Origin: Pristiophorus japonicus
Taxonomy: Eukaryota
Direction of reading: 5' to 3'
Assembly: GCF_044704955.1 (NCBI RefSeq)
Contig: NC_092006.1
Coordinates: forward strand, 4,774,001-4,838,000
Length of the DNA: 64,000 nt
Part shown: piece by piece, positions 11,969 through 23,834 of the stretch
Layout: each line of letters begins with the position of its first letter
Numbering within the stretch: position 1 is the stretch's first letter
Position numbers and translations under genes: made by a program
The notes under the pieces: generated by a model
What the model was told of the DNA's origin: nothing
Databases searched by the model: none
What the model saw: the letters and a program-made list of their open reading frames with translations, nothing else

Positions 11969-14900
11969 TTAGTCGGGCGACCGTAGTACGTCCTGGCTCA
12001 ATGCCTTTTCCTTCGGCTGTAATTCGTCGGGGAAATGATATTTACAGCGGGTTGCATGCACCCAGTTCGGGTGCTTTTCCAACTTCAAAGCGGTTCGTGT
12101 TGTGAGAATTATCTGATACGGTCCTTTCCACCTAGGAGAAAAGGATTCTTTATTTAATGTTTTTACTAACACTTGATCTCCAGGTCTGAAAGGTGCATAT
12201 TTCCTTCCGACGGGGCACCTGTGTCTGCTTTATTTGTTCATGCAGCCTTCTTGCTATTTCACACATGGCCTGAGCATACTTTAGTGATTTTTCATCATTC
12301 CAAATTAATGCTATTTTTTCATCTGCCAGTGGTGGTTTTACGCCAGTAGGCATTGGTCTTCCCAATAAGGCTTCATGTGGTGTCAACCCAGTGTTTCGGT
12401 TTTTCTGGTTTCTCATTGTATACAATACTCATGGTAAGGCATCTGGCCACTTCAGTCCAGTCTCCTGACATACCTTGGTAAGGGTAGATTTTATTATCCC
12501 ATTTACTCTTTCTACCATTCCCGAGGACTGTGGCTGATATGGTATATATAACTTCCACTGGAACCCTAACGCTTCTGCAAGGTTTTGCACTATTTTTCCT
12601 GTGAAGTGGGTTCCCCTGTCACTGTTGATTCCCAAAGGTATCCCATATCTTGGTACTATTTCTTTAAATCGAATTTTTACTACTGTTCGGGCATCGTCTC
12701 TCCTAGTGGCGTACGCTTCTACCTACCTTGTGAACATATCTACTATGACTAATAGATACTTAAGACCTGATACTGGAGGCATGTGGACAAAGTCAATTTG
12801 CAAATTTTCAAAGGGCATACTTGGTTGGGGTAGATGATCATATCCAGCAGGTGTTTTACCTCTGTTATTTTGTTGACAAATTTGGCATGTCCTAGCAACT
12901 TTCTCAATTACTACTGTTATTCCTGGTGCATACCACTGTGCATTGATAGCATGTATCATCCCTCCTTTGCCCATGTGAGCCTGACCGTGTGCTAGGCGAG
13001 ACAGGGGCAAAAATAGAGATCTAGGGCAAACAGTTCGTCCATCAGGGTGATACCAAATGTCGTTTTTTAGAAAACAACCCTGGTTTTCCCAAGTTCTTCC
13101 TTCCTGCATGGTAACTTGTTGTTGGGCTGTTTTAAGTTGTTGGATGTCAAGTACCTGTGGAGGGGAACTGAGACTGCTTGAAGGCAGTCTGCCTGTGCCG
13201 AAGCGATCTGTTTGGCTGCCTCGTCAGCCCTCCTATTTCCTACTGATACTCCATCCTCACCGGTTGTGTGAGCTGCACATTTGATAACGGCTACCTTACT
13301 TGGCAACTGAATGGCGTCTAATAGATTAAGCACCAGTTGAGAGTGCTTAATATGCTTTCCACCAGAGGTGATAAAGCCTCTGTTTTTCCACAGTTGTCCA
13401 AAATCATGGACCACACCGAATGCATATCTAGAATCAGTATAGATATTAGCAGTATGATCTTTAGCTATTATACAAGCTCTAGTGAGGGCAAACAATTCAG
13501 CAGCCTGAGCCGAGGTTCCGGGAGGCAGGGCGAATGCTTCAACAGTTTCGTGGGGATTTACAATAGCATAGCCTGCCAAAAACAAATCATCCGACGGCCT
13601 ATGTGATGATCCATCCGTATAGAGAATAAGATCAGGATTGTCCATGGGCTCTGTGAGCAAATCTGGTCTTGGTAAGGTGGCTATTTCCACCGTTAACAGA
13701 CAATCATGCTGGTCTGGATCCTCTACTTCTTTAGCAGGAAGAAAGGTGGCTGGGTTCACTACCGGTGCGCGTCGAACGGTATAGTTAGGGTGTGACAGCA
13801 GTAATACTTCATAACCTGTTCTTCGAGACGCTGTAAAGTGTTGTGTGGCAGCTGAATTCAAAAATAATAACACAGCATGGGCTGTCATGACAGTACATGG
13901 ATGATCCAAAACAATAGGTCCCGACTTCTCCACCATGACCGCAGTAGCAGCTACAGCACGTAGACACGCTGGCATTCCCCTTACTACTGGAGGCAGCAAA
14001 ACCGAATAATAAACAACTGGTCTATCTCCCCCACCATGTTCTTGGGTTAGTACTGCTGTTGCAAATCCTTCTTTCTCATTCACATACATCTGAAAAGGTT
14101 TACCATAATTCGGAAGTCCCAACGCCGGAGCATTAGTAATGTCTTTCTTTAACTGTTTAAATGCCTCCTCTCTCTCTGGGGTCCACTCCACCTTGGGTGG
14201 GGCATCATTTAGAGCAGCTGATCTTAGGACCGCATCCCATTCTCAATAATCGGGGATCCATTGTCTACAGTACCCAACCATCCCCAAAAATGACAAGATA
14301 TCCTTCTTTATCTTTGGTATGGTGGCCCTTTGAATTGTCTGAATTCTTTCTGGTCCTAGCTGCCTCTGCCCTTGAGATATGTAAAAACCCAGGTACTGGA
14401 CTTGAGTCTGACAAAATTGTAACTTTGGTAACGACACTCGGTGCCCTCTTTCACATAGGTGCTGTAACAGTTTCAGGGAATCTTGCATGCACCTGTATCC
14501 GTGGCTAGAAGCCACAAGCAAATCGTCCGCATACTGCAGCAGTACAGACTGGTCCGATAATGAACAGTCTTTGAGGTCTCTTTTTACTGCTGCTGCATAT
14601 ACTGCGGGGCTTTCGGTGTATCCTTGGGGCAACCTGGTCCATGTGTACTGCTGCTTCTTGTGGGTGAAAGCAAACAGATACTGACTTTCTTGATTTAATG
14701 GGATGGAGAAAAAAGCTGAACACAGGTCTATCACAGTAAAGACAGTTGCTGTTGGTGGTATAGCAGATAGTATAATGTTGGTGTCCGGGACCACAGGGGT
14801 AATAGGGACTACTATCTTATTAATAGCTCTCAGATCTTGCACAAATCTCCATTCATTCGGCCTAATAACCTTTGGTATGGGCAGTATCGGAGTGTTACAC

Positions 14901-15130
14901 GGGCTCTGTGTCTTTTCTAAAACTCCTTGTTCCAACAATGCAGAAATGACTGGCTCTATCCCATTTTCTGCCTCTGGAGGCAGTCTGTACTGCCTAATGC
15001 TTGGTAACACGGCGTTCTTTATCAATTGTACCCGATGGGGTACTGCAGAGTGTACTTGCCCAACATGATTCTTATGCTTTGCCCAAAGTTCAGAAGATAC
15101 TTGATTCAATGCCATTGGCAGCTTAGGACT
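11969..15130 (-). pseudogene. pol: ERV pol RT-RNase H-integrase (disrupted)
   Basis: RT: WRFVQDLRAIN, IDLCSAFF, LPQG, QYADDLL. RNase H: YTDGS, SAQAAEL, YTDSRY. IN: H-x3-H...CQIC, QIDF, SDRGTHF, SSGMVERVNG, WKGPY. In-frame stops at 14243, 12723, 12429; frameshifts ~13165 and ~12200. Confidence 0.96.
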
Positions 15131-15199
15131 TGGTTGTTCCGGGGGTTGCTGTTTTTCAAAAGTGGAGGCATGTTTTTTACCTTTCCACTGGAGAATCCC

Positions 15200-15759
15200 C
15201 CTTTTGTGGGTGATAAAGTCTATCTGAACATTTTGCAATTTTATTACTGCCCAAGGTTGATAGCCGTGTTGCTGTTTTTCCTTTTCTATTTCTACAATCA
15301 TCGGACCCATATCTTTAGGTTTCGCTGGCGGTTTTACAGCCAAGGTCAGATGGGGTGTCGAGTTCGCTTCTCTAAACCGCTGTTGCTGTAAGGGTGTCAA
15401 TCGATGGCTACCCCCAATCCTTCTGGTCCAAAATAAATGCGGGGCGTAGCTTCTACTATTTCTTCTCTATTTAAAAAGGATTGTACCAGACACTGGTAAG
15501 TTTCAGCTTTTTGGCGAGTGTACCAGGCTGTACAGTGAAGCTGAACTGCCTCAAAGCTTGTCAAAATTATATACATCAATTCTTCAGTATTAGAGTCAAA
15601 TTTAGCTTTTAAGTTTTGTATAACTTCATGTATCAAGGGGGAATAGAAGTTGCCATTCAATTGCCAACAATAGAGGGCAGCCTTTTCTTTGTTATCCTCC
15701 CTTTTCTCTTCTTTAATCCCATTAAAGAACTGATGAATATTATTTGGAGGGAGCTGCAT
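15200..15759 (-). pseudogene. 2H phosphoesterase (CNPase-like) domain within ERV pol, between protease and RT
   Basis: Two HxT motifs: LHCTA (His codon 15537-15535) and PHLTLA (His codon 15352-15350), about 62 codons apart, joined across a 1-nt frameshift at ~15400. Boundaries approximate. Confidence 0.8.
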
Positions 15760-15789
15760 TTACATTCCTTCCTTTGTGCAATAAATTGT

Positions 15790-16128
15790 GGCTCCTAGTT
15801 TTCACAAAGTCTGTCTTCCCAATAAAGGGAGCGGTGTTGTTTTAGAGACTATCAAAGTCTCATCATTAACTGATTGTCCTTCAATTATCAATTTGGTAGG
15901 TTCAGATAAAAATTCTTTCATGGGGATACCGGCCACACCCAAACTTAAGACGGTGGTGTTGCTTACAGATAATCCCACAGAGGGTGGTACAGAAGACATA
16001 GTAGCACCGGTATCCACCAGGAACTTCACATAAGTGTCTCCTACTTTTACTACTGCCAGAGGGTTTTCTTCTATGTCCGCTGATAGGCGGGGTGCTGCCG
16101 CCTGTACCACTCAGCCTCCGGGGCATCC
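15790..16128 (-). pseudogene. pro: ERV aspartic protease (disrupted)
   Basis: FLVDTGA and LLGRQTL*KLGATI motifs; in-frame stops at 16111-16113 and 15802-15804. Confidence 0.92.
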
Positions 16129-17838
16129 CTATGCTGATTGGTGCGGGTTGGGGTTAGAGAACGAAAACTGAGGGGCCAATGAAGGTGGAGGTTCGGGGAA
16201 ATCCCCTTTGTAACCCTCCACCCTGTTTCGGGGGGCATCTGCAATCGCGAGCCCAATGCCCTTTTCTTCCGCAATTTCTACACTCATCTTGAGAGCGGTC
16301 TCTTTGGGGCCACTGTCCTCTCCCTCTTCCTCGTCCTCATCCCCCAAACCCTCCTCTATTATTCTGCGCTTGTCCTCTTCCTTTTTGCTGATAGTACTGA
16401 CCTGCTGTTTTAGCCTTGTTTTCCTTATAGGTAAATAGTCCCTCCCTATCCATGTTGGCCAGTACTGTGATTGTTTCTTTCCAACTTTTTCCTTGCCAGT
16501 CCAAGACCGTAATTTTGTATGTTCTTGCTTGTTGTGGCAACATACAATTTAACAAGGTTTGCACTGCCAAAGGTTCATTTTGATCCATTGGTATTCCTGC
16601 ATGCTCGTCCCAACTATTTTTCCATCTGCCTGCAAAATCTATCATCGATTCTTCTGCTTTCTGCAAACAGCGGGTGACTTCCCCTATATCTCCATGCTTT
16701 TTAGCTCCCTTTAATATGGCATCCTTGCCCCGGTGCTGTAACCAATGTTCCCGGGACTCATTTCCTTCTATGTCATTATTTTCCCGCCAATCTCCATTTT
16801 CGCCGGCGGGTATCGGGAACATATCTTTTACCCCTTGACAAGAGGACCCATATGCTGCCTGCAGTAATAATTTCACATCTCCGGGGAGGGGGTTATAAAT
16901 GGTACAGGTTTGCTCAAGCCAGTTGTGAAAGGCTACTGGCTTCTTAACAGGATTAGGGGCGGCTGATATCATATCTCTGGCTTCTCCAGGGGACCATGGT
17001 TTTAAAACTGCCGTAGTTCCTATCATTACCCTAGGATTTTGGCCGACGGGAGTTTGGGAAGTAGAGTCAGCGGCTTCTCTTTGAGCCGCTTGCATTCTTG
17101 TTGTTACCCCAGATCTGTGGTCTATGCCCTCTTCTCCAGAGGCTCTGGTTTCCCCTGACCCAGATGCTCCCGGGTCTCCTCCATCGGCTCCTCTACTTGC
17201 CCCTCCTTCCCCGTTTTCATTTTCTAGTGGGTTTTGTGGATTTTCTCGTCGCCTAGAGGCCTGATCCAGCTGAGCGGCCACTATTTCTATAATCTCCTGC
17301 CAATCATCCGGCTTGGTGGTTGGAAGACGGGGGTATAAGCCGACAGGGGAAGCGGTCATAACCGGGGCACTCGGGGGGCTGTAAGAGGGAGGGGGCTTCT
17401 CCTTACTCTCCTCCTCCTTCTTTTTATTTTTAGGGGGCTGGTGCCTCTTTGCCACCTCTGTCCATTTTTTAAAACAATTCTCCATATAATCTTTATCCCA
17501 AGTGGGGTCCCCTGTCCCATTTTTGGTGGTCTGTCTCCATTCCTCAATTAAGGACAATTTAAAACTTCCTCCATATGGCCAATCCCCATCAGACCAACCG
17601 TACAAATCGCTACTAAACGTTACCGCGTATCTGTCGTCTCCTGTGTCTTTAATTACAGTGTCCGCCGGCGAGCCGGGCGGCACAATGGGATCTCCTACCT
17701 TCTCTCGTTGCTTTGCTACCTTACGATTCTTTTCTCAGTCTTAGGATGTACTTTCATTCTTTCAGTCGAGAGGTCGTCCTTCTTTCCTTTTCTAGGAGCT
17801 GGGCGCGAGCGCCCTGCTCGACTAGAGCCGTTTCCCAT
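16129..17838 (-). pseudogene. gag: ERV gag (disrupted)
   Basis: Starts ATG MGNGSS (myristoylation-type) at 17838; frameshift ~17730 into ORF 16337-17683 (WPYGGSF, PPPSY, PSAP, LYPRL). In-frame TGA at 16337-16339, then RG-rich run and zinc knuckle CRNCGRKGHWARDC (16282-16241). Second frameshift; ends TAG at 16131-16129 in frame with pro. Confidence 0.9.
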
Positions 17839-18154
17839 TCTGCCGGGTGCAACGTCTCGCGATCTTTTCTGAAATGAGAGTTAGGACAATCCTACAAAAT
17901 ATACAATAATTTACAAAGCGCTCACCGGTGTTCTCTTTTCTGCTCAGCTCGGGGTCTCCTTTCTCCTTTTGTTATTTTAGCTTCTTTGCGGTAGCTACCT
18001 TATGCCTCACCCCCCCCCAGGGGATCTCGGCGGCCCGTCCCCCTTTTGCTAGGACGGCCTTGGCACCTTCCTCCTTTCAGCTAGGAAGGTCCTTAAAATT
18101 CCTCTTTTCACTTTAAAAGTTAAATTTAGTTCTTTTGGATCTCGTTTTTTAGAG

Positions 18155-18173
18155 ATCCTGCCGGACTACGCCA
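18155..18173 (-). other. Primer-binding site, tRNA-Ser
   Basis: TGGCGTAGTCCGGCAGGAT, 5 nt inside the 5' LTR end. Complementary to the vertebrate tRNA-Ser 3' end ATCCTGCCGACTACGCCA, with one extra base. Confidence 0.88.
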
Positions 18174-18178
18174 GAATC

Positions 18179-18641
18179 TGTCGAGGAAATATTTAGCTTA
18201 AATTAACTCAGGCGGAGACTTTCAGAAGTGCACTTCGAGAGAATTTATTTTAAAAAGCGAGATATATCTCGGAGAGCCTGCTTGGACCGTACCAAGGCAA
18301 AAACTCTGCCGTACAGGCAAATTGTCCCTATCTTTATACAGAAATTGAATACAGAAATATAAAAGGAATCTTATTCATTAGTCCCGCGAGTACAAAGGTC
18401 GTCTCGGGAGGTACACACTCTATCTGTCCTTGCATAGTTTCTTTCTGTTCACAGTCTGATAAGCAGAATAAAAGGAGACTCCCTTTTAATCCCAGATGGT
18501 CATTTAATTGCATCTCTAAGTTTCAAGGCTAAAAAAGTGTGGCTATTTTTCTAGTCCTATTATTTCTTTAAGCATAGCAAAAACAGAATTTAACCCTTCC
18601 CTTTTCCATAAGCCATAGATTCATAGATTCTTTCTTCCACA
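18179..18641 (-). repeat. ERV 5' LTR (463 bp)
   Basis: On the minus strand it begins TGTGGAAG and ends CCTCGACA. TATAAA at 18338-18333, AATAAA at 18249-18244. About 6 substitutions vs the reassembled 3' LTR (manual alignment). Confidence 0.96.
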
Positions 18642-19092
18642 GGCACTCCCTCAGTACCGCCCCGACAACAATGCGGCGCTCCCTCAGTACTGCCCCTCCG
18701 ACACTCCCGCCCCTCTGACGGTACTGCTGTTCCCTCAGTACCGCCCCTCCGACAGTGCGGCGCTCCCTCGGCACCGCACCTCCGACAGTGCGACGCTCCC
18801 TCAGTACTGCCCCTCCGACAGTGCGACGCTCCCTCAGTACTGCCCCTCCGACAGTGCGGCGCTCCCTCGGCACCGCCCCTCCGACAGTGCGACGCTCCCT
18901 CAGTACTGCCCCTCCGACGCTCCCTCGGCACCGCCCCTCCGACAGTGCGACGCTCCCTCGGTACTGCCCCTCCGACAGTGTGACGCTCCCTCAGCACTGC
19001 ACTGGAGTGTCAGCATAAATTTTTGTGCTCAAGTCTCTGGAGTGGGACTTACAACATTCTGATTCAGAGGTGAGCATGCTGCCCACTGAGCC
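18642..19092 (-). mobile_element. Deu-domain SINE 5' part with 33-bp tandem array
   Basis: tRNA-like head (GGCTCAGTGG A-box) at the right end; tandem units abut the ERV 5' LTR. Confidence 0.8.
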
Positions 19093-19094
19093 AT

Positions 19095-19285
19095 GAGTAA
19101 ACCAGATGAGTTTTTACGACAATCCAGTAGTTTTATGGTCACTATTACAGAGTTGAACTGTTAATCCCAGATTTATTAACTGAATTTAAATTCCCCAGCT
19201 GCCCTGGTGGGATTTGAACTCTGGTTTGCGGATCATTATTCCGGGCCTGGGGATTAGTAACGCAGTAATTTACCACTACGCTGAC
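19095..19285 (-). mobile_element. tRNA-derived SINE fragment (second family)
   Basis: Minus strand AGCGTAGTGGT...GAGTTCAAATCCC, A/B-box-like head. Confidence 0.55.
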
Positions 19286-19619
19286 GGGTCTGCCTTCTCT
19301 TACAGGCAGCGTCGATGGCAGTATCGATACTGTGAGGAGTTCCCCACTACCGTTGTCTGATTGGGGCTGCACTGTGACGCGGGAGATTTCAATAAAAGAG
19401 CGATAAGTCCGGTGGCCAAACGAGTCTCGTCTTTTTTTGGGTTGCTGTCCGATGGACATCTTACGCCGTTGTCCGCTCGGAACACGGAAGAGCACTTCAG
19501 CGACTGGGAGAGTTTGACACCGAGCCCAGGGTAGCGGTTGGTGGGAGGGGGGGGGGCACCTGGGGTGGGCCGGGGACTGAGCGAAGGTTCGCGAGAGCTG
19601 GGATTTCAGGGGGACCGTT

Positions 19620-21285
19620 GCTGGGTGGCGGTGTGAGCTGTGAGGAGGACGCTAAGAGGCTGCAAGGTGACTTGAACAGGTTAGGTGAGTGGGCAAATGC
19701 AAGGCACATGCAGTATAATGTGCATAAATGTGAGGTTATCCACTTTGGTGGTAAAAACAGGAAGGCAGAATGTTATCTGAATGGTGACAGATTAGGAAAA
19801 GAGGAGGTGCAACGAGACCTGGGTGTCATGGTACATCAGTCATTGAAAGTTCTCATGCAGGTACAGCAGGCGGTGCAGAAGGCAAATGGTATGTTGGCCT
19901 TCATAGCGAGAGGATTTGAGTATAGGAGCAGGGAGGTCTTACTGCAGTTGTACAGGGCCTTGGTGAGGCCTCACCTGGAATATTGTGTTCAGTTTTGGTC
20001 TCCAAATCTGAGGAAGGACGTTCTTGCTATTGAGGGAGTGCAGCGAAGGTTCACCAGACTGATTCCCAGAATGGCAGGACTGACATATGAAGAAAGACTG
20101 GATCGACTCGGCTTATATTCACTGGAGTTTAGAAGAATGAGAGGAGATTTCATATAAATATATAAAATTCTCACGGGATTGGACAGATTAGATGCAGGAA
20201 GAATGTTCCCGATGTTGGGGAAGTCCAGAACCAGGGGTCACAATCTAAGGATATGGGGTAAGCCATTTAGGACCGAGATTAGGAGAAACTTCTTCACTCA
20301 GAGAATTGTGAACCTGTGGAATTCTCTGCCACAGAAAGTTGTTGAGGCCAGTTCGTTGGATATATTCAAAAGGGAGTTAGATGTGGTCCTTACGGCTAAC
20401 GAGATCAAGGGGTATGGAGCGAAAGCAGGAATGGGGCACTGAGGGAATGATCAGCCATGATCTTATTGAATGGTGGTGCATGCTCGAAGGACCGAATGGC
20501 CTACTCCTGCACCTATTTTCTATGTTGACAGTCGGAGGTGAGGCATAGATACATAGAAAATAGGTGCAGGAGTAGGCCATTCGGCCCTTCTAGCCTGCAC
20601 CACCATTCAATGAGTTCATGGCTGAACATGCAGTTAGAGAAAGAATTCAGGGAGCGAATTCAGAATTCCTGGGCGTACTGACGGAATGCTGGGCTTCCAT
20701 GGGAACAAGAGTCGGCCATTCGGCCCCTCGAGCCTGCTCCGCCCTTCTATAAGATCATGGCCGACCTTCGACCTCAACTCCACTTTCCCGCCCGATCCCT
20801 TGACTCCCCCCAGCTTCCAAAAATCTATCGATCTCAGCCTTGAATATATTCAACGACTGAGCCTCCACAGCCCTCTGGGGCAGAGAATTCCAAAGATTCA
20901 CCTCCCTCTGAGTGAAGAAATTCCTCCTCAACTCAGTCCTAAATGGCCGACCCCTTATCCTGAGACTGTGTGACCCCTGGTTCTAGACTCTCCAGCCCGG
21001 GGGGAAACACCCTCCCTGCATCTACCCTGTCAAGCCCTGTAAGAATTTTATATGTTTCAATGAGATCACCTCTCATTCTTCTAAACTCTTGAGAATATAG
21101 ACCTAGTCTCCTCATAGGACAATCCCCCCATCCCAGGAATCAGTCTGGTGAACCTTCGCTGCACTCCCTCTATGGCAAGTATATCCTTCCTTAGGTAAGG
21201 AGACTCAAACTGTGCACAATACTCCAGGTGTGGTCTCACCAGGGCCCGATATAATTGCAGTAAGACATCCTTATTCTTATATTCC
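19620..21285. mobile_element. CR1 3' fragments (plus 19620-20525, minus 20705-21285)
   Basis: ORF2 C-terminal motifs and 3' tails. Confidence 0.9.
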
Positions 21286-21515
21286 ATCTTGGTGCGAGTT
21301 AGGACACAGGGCGACAGAGTTTTGTTGGCCTCATGTTTAAGGAGGTAGAACGTGGGAGGCCAGGAGAGCATTGGAATATAAGTGTAAGGGCGAAGATGAA
21401 AACTCCCAATCAGTACCCAGGTTAAAGAAATGGCACCTTTGAGGGATGTGAATGGCTCCTCCTGGACTCTGCTCTCTGTTGATGCCCTTTGGTGTGAAGC
21501 TACCGCACAGCCGCT

Positions 21516-23818
21516 GCCTCTCCAGCAGGTGGCGCTGTAACATTCCCTCCTTCTCCAGCAGGTGGCGCTGTAACATCCCCTCCCTCTCCAGCAGGTGGCG
21601 CCGTAACATCCCCTCCCTCTCCAGCAGGTGGCGCAGTAACATCCCCATTCACTCCAGCAGGTGGCGCCGTAACAGTCCCATTCTCTCCAGCAAGTGACGC
21701 TGTAACATCTCCTCGCTCTCCAGCAGGTGGCGATGTAACCCCCATTCTCTCCATCAGGTGGTGCTGCAACATCCCCTGCCTCTCCAGCAGGTGGCGATTT
21801 AACCCCCATTCTCTCCTTCAGGTGGTGCTGCAACATCCCCTCCCTCTCCAGCAGGTGGCGCTGTAACATTCCCTCCCTATCCAGCACGTGGCGCTGAAAC
21901 ATCCCCATTCTCTCCAGCAGGTGGTGCTGTAACATCCCCTCCCTCTCCAGCAGGTGGCGCTGTAACCCCCATTCTCTCCAGCAGGTGGTGCTGTATCAAG
22001 GATCAAGGGGTATGGCGAGAAAGCAGGAATGGGGTACTAAAGTTGCATGTTCAGCCATGAACTCATTGAATGGCGGTGCAGGCTCGAAGGGCCGAATGGC
22101 CTACACCTGCACCTATTTTCTATGTTTCTATGTATCATCCCCTCCCTTTCCAGCAGGCGGCGCTGTAACATCCCCCATTCTCTCCAGCAGGTGAAACATA
22201 GAAAATAGGTGCAGGAGTAGGCCATTCGGCCCGTCGAGCCTGCACCACCATTCAATAAGATCATGTCTGATCATTCACCTCAGTACCCCTTTCCTGCTTT
22301 CTCTCCATACCTCTTGAACTCTTTAGCTGTAAGGGCCACATCTAACTCCCTGCTGAATATATCCAATGAACTGGCATCAATAACTCTCTGCGGTAGGGAA
22401 TTCCACAGGTTAACAACTCTCTAAGTGAAGATGTTTCTCCTCATCTCAGTCCTAAATGGCTTACCCCTTTTCCTCAGACTGTGACCCCTGGCTCTGGACT
22501 TCCCCAACATCGGGAACATTCTTCCTGCATCTAACCTGTCCAGTCCCGTCAGAATTTTATATGTTTCTATGAGATCCCCTCTCATCCTTCTGAACTCCAA
22601 TAAATAAAGGCCCAGTTGATTCAGTCTCTCCTCATATGTCAGTCCAGCCATCCCAGGAATCAATCTGGTGAACCTTCGCTGCACTCTCTCAATAGCAAGA
22701 ACGTCCTTCCTCAGATTAGGAGACCAAAACTGAACACAATATTCCAGGTGAGGTCTCACCAAGGCCCTGTACAACTGCAGTAAGACCTCCCTGCCCCTAT
22801 ACTCAAATCCCCTAGCTATGAAGGCCAACATACCATTTGCCTTCTTCAGTGCCTGCTGTACCTGCATGCCAACTTTCAATGGCTGATGAACCATGAAACC
22901 CAGGTCTCGTAGAGGATTTGAGAATAGGAGCAGGGACGTCTTACTGCAGTTGTAGAGAGCCTTGGTGAGGCCACACCTGGAATATTGTGTTCAGTTTTGG
23001 TCTCCTAATCTGAGGAAGGATGTTCTTGCTATTGAGGGAGTTCAGCGAAGGTTCACCAGACTGATTCCCGGGATGGCAGGACTGACATATGAGGAGAGAC
23101 TGGATCGACTGGGCCTGTATCCACTGGAGTTTAGAAGAATGAGAGGGGATCTCATAGAAACATATACAATTCTGACGGGACTGGACAGGTTAGATGCAGG
23201 AAGAATATTCCCGATGTTGGGGAAGTCCAGAAGCAGGGGTCACAGTCTAAGGATAAGGGGTAAGCCATTTAGGACCGAGATGAGGAGAAACTTCTTCACT
23301 CAGAGAGTTGTAAACCTGTGGAATTCTCTACCACAGAAAGTTGTTGAGGCCAGTTCATTAGATATATTCAAAAGGGAGTTAGATGTGGCCCTTACGGTCA
23401 AAGGGATCAAGGGCAATGGAGAGAAAGCAAGAAAGGGGTACTGAGGTTGAATAATCAGCCATGATCTTAGTGAATGGCGGTACAGGCTCGAAGGACCGAA
23501 TGGCCTGCTCCTGCACCTAATTGCTAAGTTTCTATGTAACATCCCCTCGCCCTCCAGCAGGTGGCGCTGTTAACACCCCCATTCTCTCCAGCAGGTGGCG
23601 CTGTAACATCCCCATCCCTCTCCAGCAGGTGGTGCTGTAACATCCCCATTCTCTCCAGCAGGTGGCGCTGTAACATCCCTCCTTCTCCACCAGGTGGTGC
23701 TGTAACATCACCTCCTCCAGCAGGTGGCACTGTAACATCCCCCCCTTCTCCACCAGGTAGCGCTGTAACATCAGCTCCTCCAGCAGGTGGCGCTGTAACA
23801 TCCCCTCCCTCTCCAACA
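21516..23818 (+). repeat. ~33-bp minisatellite (~25 units) containing CCAGCAGGTGGCGC, interrupted by CR1 insertions
   Basis: Unit CTCTCCAGCAGGTGGCGCTGTAACATCCCCTCC in blocks 21516-21994, 22135-22192 and 23535-23818. Confidence 0.93.
22196..23535. mobile_element. Two back-to-back CR1 3' ends (minus 22196-22910, plus 22911-23535)
   Basis: ORFs 22421-22894(-) and 22962-23444(+); tails face outward. Confidence 0.9.
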
Positions 23819-23834
23819 GGACTCCTGTCGGAAC

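Larger units (their letters stand above)
5887..18641 (-). mobile_element. Endogenous retrovirus provirus (LTR-PBS-gag-pro-2H-pol-env-PPT-LTR), defective; class I (gamma/epsilon-like) pol
   Basis: Two direct TG...CA LTRs (18179-18641; 5887-6132 plus 9683-9899), PBS, PPT, and colinear gag, pro, RT, RNase H, IN and env motifs on the minus strand. Confidence 0.97.

Noticed and set aside
19306-19530. Exon-like CpG-rich block with AG/GT ends
   Set aside because: The best frame has an internal stop and no recognisable protein
21516-23818. CRISPR-like appearance of the 33-38 bp arrays here and elsewhere
   Set aside because: Units are head-to-tail with no unique spacers, there are no cas genes, and the context is vertebrate
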